DNA of 61,013 nt, counting the filler, from Sphacelaria rigidula (taxonomy: Eukaryota), in NCBI GenBank assembly GCA_964200075.2. It is 9 parts of 9 records of this genome, joined end to end, with 100 filler letters (N's around TTAATTAATTAA, not from the genome) between each part and the next. Parts side by side here need not be neighbours in the genome. Positions count along the whole stretch, not along the records: positions 33,954 to 40,643 come from CAXNAA020018602.1; positions 40,744 to 47,433 come from CAXNAA020018603.1; positions 47,534 to 54,223 come from CAXNAA020018604.1; 6 more parts are not named here. The stretch is one strand, 5' to 3'. The position numbers were made by a program, and so were the translations under genes. The notes beneath the pieces are model-generated. The model was not told the DNA's origin. It ran no database searches and saw only the letters and a program-made list of their open reading frames with translations. Shown piece after piece: positions 38,631-49,989 of this stretch. Numbering within the stretch: position 1 is the first letter of the stretch; each line of letters begins with the position of its first letter.

Positions 38631-39141
38631 GGGTGGGGGGAAGAGAAGAAGGAAGGAGGAAAGACTAAAAAGGGAGGGAGAAAAAATATAGTGGCTCAGG
38701 AAAAGGAAGCAGTACAATTAGGAAAAAAAGGCCAGCTTTGGTATATCACGTCTATATCCATTTTGCGTCTTTGGGGGGGGAATCAAAATAGGTTATTTAG
38801 GTTTTTGCATGTCTGTTGTGTCATCTACTGTAGTGGCGATCCCTGGTATATGTACGGTGACAACCTGTACATTTCATGTCTAGGTTTTGGTGGCTTGTTT
38901 TACAGCGCTGTTACCACTCGACGCCAACCCACGAGCCTGGAGGTGAGAGGATCTGTTGATGGGAGGAAGGGGAGCTAAACGCCAACTTAGTGAGGAGGGA
39001 ATTCCACGCTTCCCCTGTCACTGCTAGTCTGAGAAACATGTATCAATATACTTGCGCAGCTCAGGTTTTGCGCCTGTGCTTCACTCGCTAGTAATGATCA
39101 AAACGCGTGTGGTTACCCCAGCACGGGTACGAATGGCATAC

Positions 39142-40416
39142 CTGTGCGAATTGTCCCACGGAATTGAAAAACGCCTCCTCGTGCTCTTCTACCGCCCTGA
39201 AGAAATTGTGCTGCATCTCGAAACAGTGGTTCTTCAGCTCCGTGTACTTATTCTCAAATTCACTCATCAACTGCTCGTGCTGTTCTACCTATTTGGGGGG
39301 GGGGGTTCGTGTACACGGGAAACAGCAAAACGCAGTTTACGTAAAACGTGTGACACGACCTGTCACTGTGCGGTGGGACAAGTAGAACGACTCGCAGATG
39401 TGAGAAGGGTGAAACGAGAGGAGGGCGGGCGGAGGTGTACACCTGATGCTTGCGATTCATGTTCAGAGCATCAAACACACTAACCATGAACGAATACTCG
39501 ATGTTACTACATGCGACGACGGACGGGGGGGTGGTCGGGCGCGGGGGGAGCAGATTTGCATTCAGCGCAAAATAAAGGCCATGGGTAGTGGAATCTACCA
39601 GGCTTCGATACACTAAAACGTGCTGAAAGGCCTGGTCTTCCTTCATACAGAGGAGTTCATTCGCACGTGACGCACTTCCTACTTGTATCAATATCCTCTC
39701 TGCAATATCTTCAGTCCCTAAGGTGTCCCCATCCTCGAGGGAGAACGCGGCGTAAACCTATTGAAACATATTGCCGCGCAGAAACTTTTGGTGTCGACGA
39801 TCCAATCCTCGTGTGTCGACGGAACCCGACTAACCGCACAAATACTACGAGATAATCCAACCACGAAACCAAAGTTTATCTCTTCACCTCGTACATCTCT
39901 AGGTCCAATAGGTCGGATTCCAGAGCGTCCAACTGCGCTTGCAGGGGAGACAAGTCGCCTGGGTCGATGGTCTCGCGTGCAGACAGCTCGTTGAACATCT
40001 GCGTGCACGTTAAGATTTTGGTTGTGTTAAAACCCGGGTAGTCGTGCGGGGGAAACTCATGTGGCAGCGACACGACGCACGCATGGCTGGCTCCCTTCGC
40101 CAATCGCCGACATACGACACTGGCCATATCTACTATACACAGCGCCATCGGCCGTAAGGAGCTGTTTTACACAAGTACCCATATAGAAACTGTCGCAGTA
40201 GCACCACCGTCGTAGGGTTTGCCGGGGCACCATGCTGTATGCTAATCTTGCGGTCTGTCATTTCAAGAAGCCCATGCAAACGTGCTCCGATCACTGACAC
40301 AGCTTCGCGACTCTTCCCACCTTCTTCTTTGCCCTCGCGAACACCTCAATGATGTCTATGGACCTCTTCGCGTAGTCCTGCCGCAGACCTTTCACTGCTG
40401 CGTCGAACAGTTGCAC
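39142..40416 (-). CDS. DRC3: Dynein regulatory complex subunit 3 (LRRC48), three internal exons: 40321-40416, 39888-39998, 39142-39288
   Basis: All exons bounded by AG/GT, phase 0, joining to VQLFDAAVKGLRQDYAKRSIDIIEVFARAKKK|MFNELS...LESDLLDLEMYE|VEQHEQLMSEFENKYTELKNHCFEMQHNFFRAVEEHEEAFFNSVGQFAQ, which resembles the DRC3 C-terminal coiled coil. Confidence 0.75.
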
Positions 40417-41364
40417 CTGGAACGGGAAGTCGTTTGGATGGATGTCACAATTATGGCTTGTACGGCAAAACGAACCGGTAATTTCTTTCCGGCTAAGCTT
40501 CGTATTTTTCGCCGGGCGGCGATCGCACTACTGTATGCGTCAGGTAGTCATTGTAAGAACTGACACTCTCAGTGTATAGCATTTTCCAAAGCACATGCAT
40601 TACCTGTCGCCCCGGTGGCTCAGTTGGTAACCTCGAAACCTTCNNNNNNNNNNNNNNNNNNNNNNNNNNNNNNNNNNNNNNNNNNNNTTAATTAATTAAN
40701 NNNNNNNNNNNNNNNNNNNNNNNNNNNNNNNNNNNNNNNNNNNACAAAAAAACAACACCCCACCCCCCCCCCCCCCCCTCCCGGTATCGATCGAAGGCAC
40801 TTGCGGACGGTACTTCCCTCGGGTTTTTGTCGCATACTGGCTAGCTTCTCAAACCTCATTTCATTGATCAACCTCATTTTATAGAATCCCCTGTTTCTTG
40901 ATGAGATCGTGAAAAAGCCCGTAACGTCTGGGCGAACTGCAGGTGAGGCAATCGCCAAATTATTCACCTGCAAACTCTGCTCCAGTGCACTGTAACTTGA
41001 TATAGCTGCCAGACTGTCAGAACGTAGGATCCGCTAGCATTGCTACTGTCTGTACAGGTATGTCGCCGCTTTGTCGGGTACGTGGGGAAGGATCCACGGT
41101 AGAACGCAGTGGTCGCGTCAAGCAGCTGCACGCTGGGCGTTCTCACTCAATACTTCGATTTGGAGGGTGATACTTCGTGGGCAGCAGCAACTGCTGTATG
41201 TCCAGGTGCCCCTTGGAGCGGGATACGTTTGGTTTCTGTTTGACAAAATTTTATTTAAAAAAAACTAAATGAATAGGAGTTTTAGCGTGGAACATCTAGC
41301 AAAACAAAAGTCGCAACAAAAAAAGTTTAGTCGGATTCCTTACCCGGAGCAGAAACCAAACTCA

Positions 41365-41502
41365 CCACACCCTGGACAATAGAATACATTCAAAAAGTAT
41401 ATTGCGTACAGTATCGACTATTGCGCCTCTTGCAATAGACAATAGATTATATGCTGTACGCAATACATTTATTTACAATATAATCTTTTGTCCAGGGTGT
41501 GG
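41365..41502. mobile_element. 138-bp MITE with perfect 15-bp TIR CCACACCCTGGACAA
   Basis: Both TIRs present; single ends of the same family at 13903 and 17159. Confidence 0.82.
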
Positions 41503-41529
41503 AATTCACGAAGTTAAATTGGAATATCA

Positions 41530-41842
41530 GTGGCGCGTGTCCTGACCACCAAAAGTCGCTCAAAGTGACCCTTTTTCGCGGGGCGTCGATCCCGAACCAC
41601 AAAAGCCTTTCCAAGATCATGGAAAACTTGAAACATGACTACTTTTGGCGGGGTTAGTTCTCCCCGTATTTCTCTTCGTCGCGTTCTCGTTCATTTGGGA
41701 GCACGAACACGCCGGTTATGCCGCCAATGTCACGAGAATATTGGCGTAAAGCAGTTGAAAACAATTGAACATTTTTCCTTAGCCTTAGTCAGCAGCAAAC
41801 ACAAGACCGTGCAATAGGCCATTGGCGAGTTGAACAAGGCAC
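41530..41842 (+). repeat. ~310-bp dispersed repeat, second copy at 48582-48907
   Basis: Colinear gtggcgcgtgt...tcgatcccgaaccacaaaa...gcagttgaaaacaattgaac...ttgaacaaggcaca. Confidence 0.85.
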
Positions 41843-41967
41843 AGCACCACGGCAGCACAGGAATGTTTTGCCGCAAAAAATATTCATCCTGTTTCTAAAA
41901 AAAAAGCCCGGTGATGTGGAAGCCAACGTGATGTGCAATCGTCTCACACAAGAACCACCACTCCATG

Positions 41968-42340
41968 TCCAGAGAAATGCAAACTTTCATGTGTAGCGAA
42001 AACGACAGCACTGTAAGAACATGCCAGTTCAAAAAAATGTCCTAGTGAAAAAAGGACCGATGGAAAAGGCTTGGTGAAAAGTTCGGCCGACTTTAAAAAA
42101 AAAAACGCAACTCGCATGTGCAAAGAAAGAGTAAAGCACTGAAAGAACATATCCACGAGCTTCCCACGTGAGAAAGAGCATGACAGGAATGTTCCATGCA
42201 TTCCAACAGCCAGCCGAAGCCACTATTTTGTCCAGAGAAATACAAACTCTCATGTGCAGCGAAAAAGCGAAGCACTGAAAAAACATATCCGCGAGCTTCC
42301 CAAGTGACAACGAACAAGCCCAGAATGTTCCACGCATTCC
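41968..42340 (+). repeat. Three diverged ~130-bp tandem units
   Basis: aact..catgtg...agcactg.aa.aacat recurs near 41980, 42109 and 42245. Confidence 0.65.
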
Positions 42341-45300
42341 ACTTTTCCGGGAAGTGCCTCTCGCTGTCATTTTTTGTGGCACGAGAGCTATCTCACACTC
42401 TGGCACCTCGGGAATACCACACATGTCCTAAGCGGACCAAACGTACAGTAGCATTGAACATTACCTCGAGCTCATGTCGCATCCATACGCATATGCCAAC
42501 TCGAAGTTATCGCAGCCCAATAATTGTACAACCTTCACATCCGTGTTACTCAAGTTGGTGAACCTTATCCGGAGCCACCATTCGATAACACATGCGATGT
42601 TTTGTACAGCCATGATCACTATTGTACATTGAGATACAACAGCCTCTCTTGACCATATATTTTCGACTCGAGTCACCCACGGGAGGTCCGTACCAACCTC
42701 CCGACGGGGAATCTTGTATTCATGCGTAATTTATGTTTTATTCCATGGCCCGTCCTTATTTCACCCTGCGTATCAGCTTCTGCTCCTCCCTGGAGGATTG
42801 GCGGCTGAGAGTTCCCGCCCAAGATTGCGGTTACCAGATGGCCGAGTTGCAATGTGACCCCACAATGGTGCTTTTTTCGGCCTGTTGAACTGCAGCCCCG
42901 GCAGGCTCGTGTCGGGGGGGGCTTGCTCGCGGGGCCAGTGCTAGCTCTTTGCCCACTGTCATTGTCTATTTACTTCGATTGTTTCCTCGTTGTGTATTTC
43001 CCCTTTCTACCCTTCCCCTGAGTTTCTGTTGCTCGGCTCTGGCGTCAGACGGGATCTTACAGTACCTCACCGATGAATCCGTGATAAACAAAGAGTGGCT
43101 TCAAGACGTTATAGATACCTTTGGCCAAGTGCTTACTGCGCAAGTGCTCAACCACTTCTCACCGAAGGTGGGTGGGAACAGCGAAGGGGGGCAAAGTAGC
43201 CTCGCCACGATAACAAAAAGTTCGGTCATCCTCCAGGATGACCCCGGTGCTCACATCAATGCGTGCCCCAAAGGTTCGCAACACTTTCGGAGCAATATCC
43301 CCCAAAGACCTTGGTCACATGACGAAGACACCAAGAACCAATTATACTCGCATATCCGAGAGACATCAATCGGGGAATTCGGCAAGGTTCGCCCTCCTGG
43401 TTCAACGGATTGGTGAATTTTGAATCCTCAAATAGTCAAAACCAGTACTATATTGTAACAAAATACCGAAAAGGGCCAATAAACTCGGTCATGCCGGTAA
43501 CATCCTTGGTCAGCCTCGCGTTCTGCGTGAGAAAACTATAAAAGAGAGAACCGAAAAAAAAAGTGGCCCCAAATCGTACACGATATCTTAAACAAGTGCT
43601 CTGTATCGTACTCCCTAGTGGAACCCCTGAGTTAAACCTCCGGACGACATCCTACTCAAGTGCTACATAGCTCGACGGGAAATGATGCTACACATTGCTT
43701 TCCTTTTTATTCATCTATTTTCTTTCTTCACTTCTCAGTCTACTATGTTGTTCTGTTATACCTACTCTGCTGCTTCCTTTTTCTTCAGCGAATGTTTTAG
43801 TTTTGTTTTGTCTCGGGTACGTCCATCACGTGGATAATGACCACGGCTGGATCCCTGGGGGGTCAGTTAAAGTACGACAGTCGATCGATCGATCACATTC
43901 TGAGACAGTCACACATCCGCTGATCGAACGAAAAGCTGAAGCTGTTCGAGGTCTACCTAAACCTTCATCTTGTTGCGAACACCTCCAGTGCCTATTAATA
44001 GTCAAAACGACCCTATTAATACTCGAAAGCGGTTGTTAAATTGCACAATCGAGAAGCAATCGTGTTCGGGTACGCCACATAAGCCACGTGCCCAACTACA
44101 CAACAGACAAAAGACACAAGAGAGGCAGCTGGCCTCATCATTCCGCAATGGCCACATTGATGTGTCGCAGTCCTCCTGTCGCATGAAACTGACGAGGTGG
44201 GTTAGGTCGACATAACCGCGTTGGCTTGGAAGAACGGGGAGGTAGGGGTGGTTTTCCCCGCCCGGCGTGCCAGCCCTTGCAATGACTCTAGGATCGATGT
44301 TACTGATTGGGGGGGGGCGTACTCATTTGTTGCTTGCCTTAGTCATTTGACCATTGACCACGCATCCCTTTCCAGACGGAGCACCGTTCCTACTCCTAAT
44401 AGAGACACCTCCAACATTCTGGCGCTCATTTTTGATGTTACTGGTTGGGGGGATTGTTATTCCCCAGCATCACGAAAGCACCCCATTCACAAACGATCCG
44501 CATAATACACGACCACCTTCCTGCAGCACACGATAATATGAAACTTACTGACCTCAACGACAGCTGCAAACACAGCGCTACTCAGTTCATGTCTCCGGAG
44601 GAACCCTCCCAACTGCACAGGCACGTGCTGGAGGGCTGGTATCACACCAGTAGAACAGCGAGTCGTATAACTTTTCAGTCCCACCCACTCTGGCATCACA
44701 CATTTCCTTCACTCCACTCTGATCACAAGCGCTAACGTTCATACTATGCACAGTAGCAGCACAGAACAGCGTTAATATCGCAAGAAAAAATCAACTGCTC
44801 ACCACGTGTACGTCCGAACCACACTCTATCTCTGACCTCTCCTCTGTATTCAGTCATGGGACATCCAAGGCATACGTCATCATTCTCACACCAATTGTGG
44901 CCAGCGAAGGGCTACCCGCGTACGATCCGCTTTGGTCGCAATGGCCACACCCACACAGCAGGCCCCAGGCTACGCTCGAAAAAGACAAATAATTCCAAAT
45001 AATGACTGCTACTCGGTTCGTGGCCGACCAGCTGATGTGAGACTGTCCATCTAGAAATCGACCAATCAACCAACCTGCATGTATTGCAAATTGTCTATCC
45101 GATATAAACTCGCGTGTCAACGTGAATCACTTGTGGGTACACAGGATGCGATGTCTGTATCACAACCGGGACCGAGGCTCGCTTTGGTCACACACTGAAA
45201 CTAATCCAACACGACGATCAATCATCAATCACCACCATTACGCTTGCATGACATAGCCACGTAGTTGGTAGCCACGGTACGTACGTCGAAGGACATTTGT

Positions 45301-45367
45301 GTCACTGTGCCGTACCCAGTGTCCTCCGCTTCCTGTGGTATCGTATCACTTCATTTTTCTTCAGTAG

Positions 45368-45680
45368 AGTTTACCGGCGTTGGACTACAAATATCCATGG
45401 TTGATATTATTACTTGATTTGAGTGAAACAACGAGAATCGGAATTCAAGTGGGGCTGACAGTCCGGTGTGCTTCTCGCGTGCGCAGTACGCGTTTTCGTT
45501 GAAATCGGCGCCACAGGCGTCGATTCGCGGTCCACCAAGGCCGCACTTCGCCTAGGGAATGTGTATACCGTCCTTGACCGAGGGTTCTCGGTATGCGTTG
45601 GGTTGGGGTCAGAGTTAGGGGTAGCAATACTCGTAGAATTGTGTCAACCATGGATATTTGTAGCATAATGCCGGTAAACT
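45368..45680. mobile_element. 313-bp MITE with ~37-bp TIRs and an internal degenerate TTAGGG-like tract; related fragment at 49140-49290
   Basis: agtttaccggcgttggactacaaatatccatggttga pairs with tcaaccatggatatttgtagcataatgccggtaaact. Confidence 0.8.
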
Positions 45681-46008
45681 AGCCTCCATTTCGGCAAGAG
45701 TGTATTCACGAAAAACTTGAGAAAAACGCACGACGGGGACCCGTTCCGACATGAGCGTTATTTTTTGCTGTGGCAGGGTCTCTGGATTTCATACACGTTG
45801 TTTTGATTTCGCCGTGTGTGGGCAGCGATAGCAGTTGCCGTGCCCACAGGCTGCGTAGCTATTTTCCTTGAGGCCAAGGAATCAACACATGCGCAAGAGT
45901 TCTACGCTGACGACGAGTACAACGCTGAGACGTGGATACCAAAAGCTATCATTTCGGTTCCTGAAGGGTTGGACGAGTAGTTGGGTAGGGATATAGAAGA
46001 GACAGATA

Positions 46009-47272
46009 CTACCGCCGGCCAGCGCCTGTGCGCGAGTGTAAGTACCGCGGGGTGAGCAAAGGCAATACGTCGTCTGGGCTGCCGAAAAAGGCGGGGATGC
46101 GGTGATGCACAGACTGAGGCCTCACGTCGCGTATGGCCTCGAACCCCGTGGTAGCGACTCCTCCAGCCTGCTCCACGATCATTGCGATAGGGTTCCCCTC
46201 ATACAGTAGCCTTAGCTTGCCGTTGGGGTTTCGAACGTCTGCCGGATACGCAAACACGCCTCCGTGAGTCTGCACGAACAACAATAGGGTGGTTGACGGG
46301 GGAGAAGGTGGGTTTTAAGAGTATCGGCGGCGGGGGGGGGGGGAAGGGGCGACAAGAAGACGGAGGCTTCACGAATACAGGCTGGGTAGTCCCGTGGGCT
46401 GGCCAATGGGCGCGCTGTATCACTGTGCGCAGCCAATGCGTTCCTCCATTGTTGAACTCTGACGAATCAATTGAAAAACGTGTAGAAAGGTTGTACCGCT
46501 GGAAGTGCTATTACATGAACGCCGCTGTAATAGCGGCAATGAATCAGGTGCGACCGTCTTGGCATTTCCTTGCGGTGGTGTTGAAGAAACGTTCCACAGG
46601 GTTCATGGGAAACAATCAAAAACACTGCAGGAGAGCACGGTAGCTAGGGGAGTGGTGGTGTTCATGATTCGGCCAAACCCGGTTTAAGTGGCGATCGTGT
46701 ATCCTGGACGCCCAAGTATTTTCACCTCGGTGAAACAAAAACACGACATGCCGCATTGTCGTTGCCATCAACATCTCAGTGGAATTGTTGTACCGTATGT
46801 GACCACGGCTGTATCCCTGAGGGGTCAGTTAAAGTTCGACAATCAATCAATCAATCAAGTATACCAGGGGATAATATTGCCAAATTTCGGGGGGAAACAC
46901 GGTTCAAAAGCAATGTACGGCCGCGCTGTTGCGCTGCTGCTGCTGCTGCTGCGTATATCGTATCACTACAGTATGTGCGATGTATTTCCCTACATTACCC
47001 ACCATAATATTGTGAATGTCCGCCACCAGTGCACCCACGTATTGATTCTCCATTTCTCTGGCACCTAATGCCGCCGGCAACGCATCGGGGCTAGCATCGC
47101 TCTCCGTATCGCTATCCGCGTCGCTCTTCGGACTTCGGGTGTGATCGCTACTGCTTTCGACGGCGCCATTACTGCTGCTGCCAGCAGTGTTGCTCGAGGT
47201 CTTAAAGTCGAGGAAGAAGTCCTGGATTGCTTCAGACCAAGAGAGAGAATTCGCCTCGTTCACGCTGTACAG
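46009..47272 (-). CDS. FBP: Class I fructose-1,6-bisphosphatase-like protein, last two exons (47003-47272, 46009-46269)
   Basis: LYSVNEAN...QYVGALVADIHNIM|THGGVFAYPADVRNPNGKLRLLYEGNPIAMIVEQAGG...HHRIPAFFGS; AG/GT boundaries in phase 0; contains the GKLRLLYE signature. Confidence 0.92.
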
Positions 47273-48002
47273 CTGCACATACCGGTCATCATGTTTCATT
47301 TGTGGGAGAAACGTTGCAGGATATAAAGTCGGCAGGGGGAGGGGGGGGGGGGGGGGGGGGGGAGGGAAGGGGGGGGGCCGGGGGGACCCAGTGGGGGGGG
47401 GGGGGGGGGGGGGGGGTGGGAAATTTGGAGGGGNNNNNNNNNNNNNNNNNNNNNNNNNNNNNNNNNNNNNNNNNNNNTTAATTAATTAANNNNNNNNNNN
47501 NNNNNNNNNNNNNNNNNNNNNNNNNNNNNNNNNAAAGGGATGGGTGGTCAATGTTCAAATTACTAAGGCAAGCAACAAATCAGTACGCCCCCCCCCCCTT
47601 CCCACCCCCGGAGGGCATAGTTTCCGAAAATTGTCATTATTTTTTCGATTTGTTTTGTCAACTTTTTCGTAAGAGATTGATCAATAAGCACTGTTTTGAT
47701 TTTTTCTGATTATTTTTTCATAAACAATTGATCAAAAACGCTGACAAAAACCGAAAAGTCTGGTTGGCTTTGCGGGGTTCCTATATCTGCTTCTGCTCCC
47801 TGCCCGCTACTGTCCCGATGACCTCAGATGCCGGACGGCATTTTTTCGAAAATTATACTGATTGTTTGGATATTTTTCTGTTAACTTTGTTGCAAGAAAC
47901 GTATCAATGAATATTAACAAAATCTGAAGAGTCTGGTGGGCTTTGCGGGGTGTATATTTGCTTCTGCTCCTTTATATATTCATGTGATGTATATATAACA
48001 CT

Positions 48003-48429
48003 ATATTCGTGAGATTCAGAGTGAGACCCGAAACAATCGACTTTCCCGTTGATTTTGACATCGCCACAGTTCGCGGAGTAATGCGCCAAGCTAGTGGAGC
48101 GGTGGCTTCATTGAAAGCTGTCACCTACACGAACAATTTGACACATCGCTTGATCGCAACGACGTAGTCAGCCCATTGCAACAAAAAATCCCCTCTTTCA
48201 GGAAAACCGATCAGTGCCGGAAACAGTTTTAGTTCCGAAATGCCCCCCGAGGCGTCAAAATGCTTTGTGCGGTATCTTAACAACCAGACCGCCGAATTCC
48301 TCGAATGGGGTACTGTGCGGTAGCTGTATGCGCAGTACATGTGCTCAAGCAAAAAAAAAAACGTTGCCTGTAAGGAACGCTAGAGTATCCACTCTGAATC
48401 CGATATTACGCTCTGAATCTCACGAATAT
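48003..48429. mobile_element. ~430-bp MITE with perfect 19-bp TIR (ATATTCGTGAGATTCAGAG)
   Basis: TIRs read directly; colinear copy at 54401-54857. Confidence 0.88.
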
Positions 48430-49799
48430 GGGCTTATACATGTACATGTATCATTTCACATTCTTCACCACTTTTGCCAAGTTTTCTCAGACAGTTTTTT
48501 TTTTCTTGTGCTTCCTTTTGCAGCGCACGAAGAAGGCGCAGCGGTACATTGCCGTTTAGGTTTGGGCGCCATCTGATACCTGTGGCGCGTGTTCTGGCCA
48601 CCGAACGTCGGTCCACCTGGCTGTTTTTCGCGGGGTATCGATCCCGAACCACAAAATCCTCTTCATGATGATGGAAAACTTCAAACAGAAACCTGAACCA
48701 CAGAAGCCTGTTCATGGCGGGGTATTTTTTCATCGCGATTTCGTTTGCGTTCTCGTTGATTTGGGAGCACGAGCACACCGGTTATGCAGCGAATGTCACG
48801 GGAGCATGAGAGCTATGCAGTTGAAAACAATTGAACGTTGCCTTCGCCTTAGTCAGCAGCAACCACAAGACCGTGGAATGAGTCGTTGACGACTTGAACA
48901 AGGCACACACGTGGGTAAACGTCCCCACTGTCGGTCACCTGTTGTGGAGAACCAGCGCAGGGGGTACGAAATCCCTGTGATCATGCAATCCGTAAGAGAG
49001 AGTTCCCTCACAGGACGCACCTGTGAAGTACAGGCGCAGGGATGTCCTTGTGACAGGGATTACAGAGATGTCATTGTGAGAGGGATGGATCCCTACGCAG
49101 GTACTTCACAGGGGAGACCTAAAATATTATACGTAAACAATGGTTGATACTATGGAGATGCCGCCAACCCTAACCCTAACCCTAACACCGACCAAGGCGT
49201 ACCGAGAATCCTCGGGCAAGGGGGGTGCAGAGTGTTTCTTAAGTAAAGCGTGCGTTGTGTGTTGTGTAGCGAGAGCTCAGATCGACGCCTTTGAGCCAAT
49301 TCTGGGCCAAAACACGTTCTGGACGAGCTGGGTCTAATGCCCACCACTGCTCACCTGTCCCAAATCATGATTTTTTTTATAACTTTCTTCACTTTAAAAT
49401 CAAGTAAAATCGAGTACCAGTCATTGTTGACGTGCATCTTTCCAGGTTTACCATGCGTGATTTGTAATCCGCGCTTGCGGGGTAGGCCCGGCATGTAGAG
49501 AACCCCGCACAACTTCGCCGTGTTCTACCGGGACGCGAACTTTTTTCAGCAGCTATCACTGGCGATATGTGCTGTGACGGATCTCGTGCTTGGTGGTGCG
49601 TTTTACACCTCCGCACATCGCCCGTGAAGCGAGCTCTTGATGCTGGAAGTGCCCACCCCTCTTTCCGTGATGATATCTATCCACTCTTGGTCTGAGACAA
49701 TTGAAACTGCGGAATACGACAGTAGCTACTGGAAGGTATATACTCTCCGACACAAATGCCCACAAAATATGGAAATGAATGACATTGATACATTGTCGA

Positions 49800-49989
49800 C
49801 TTGCGTCACCCCCCGGAGGCCAGTACCAACTTCCCGAAGGGGAACCTTGTATAATATATAACATAAGGAGCATATATATGATATAAAATATATACTAAGC
49901 CTTGATATATATATAAATATATAAATATCGTATATAATACAGGGTTCCCCTTCGGGAGGTTGGTACGGGCCTCCCGGGGGTGACGCAAG
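49800..49989. mobile_element. Two ~52-bp Tc1/mariner-like TIR ends in inverted orientation around a TA-rich spacer; third end at 42673-42718
   Basis: TA|CAGGGTTCCCCTTCGGGAGGTTGGTACGGGCCTCCCGGGGGTGACGCAAG and its reverse complement. Confidence 0.78.

Noticed and set aside
40790..40967. Possible exon after tttgcag acceptor (VNNLAIASPAVRPD...)
   Set aside because: Unrecognised peptide with no clear donor before the contig end
49166..49186. Telomere
   Set aside because: Only about three units, internal, and part of a MITE-related repeat
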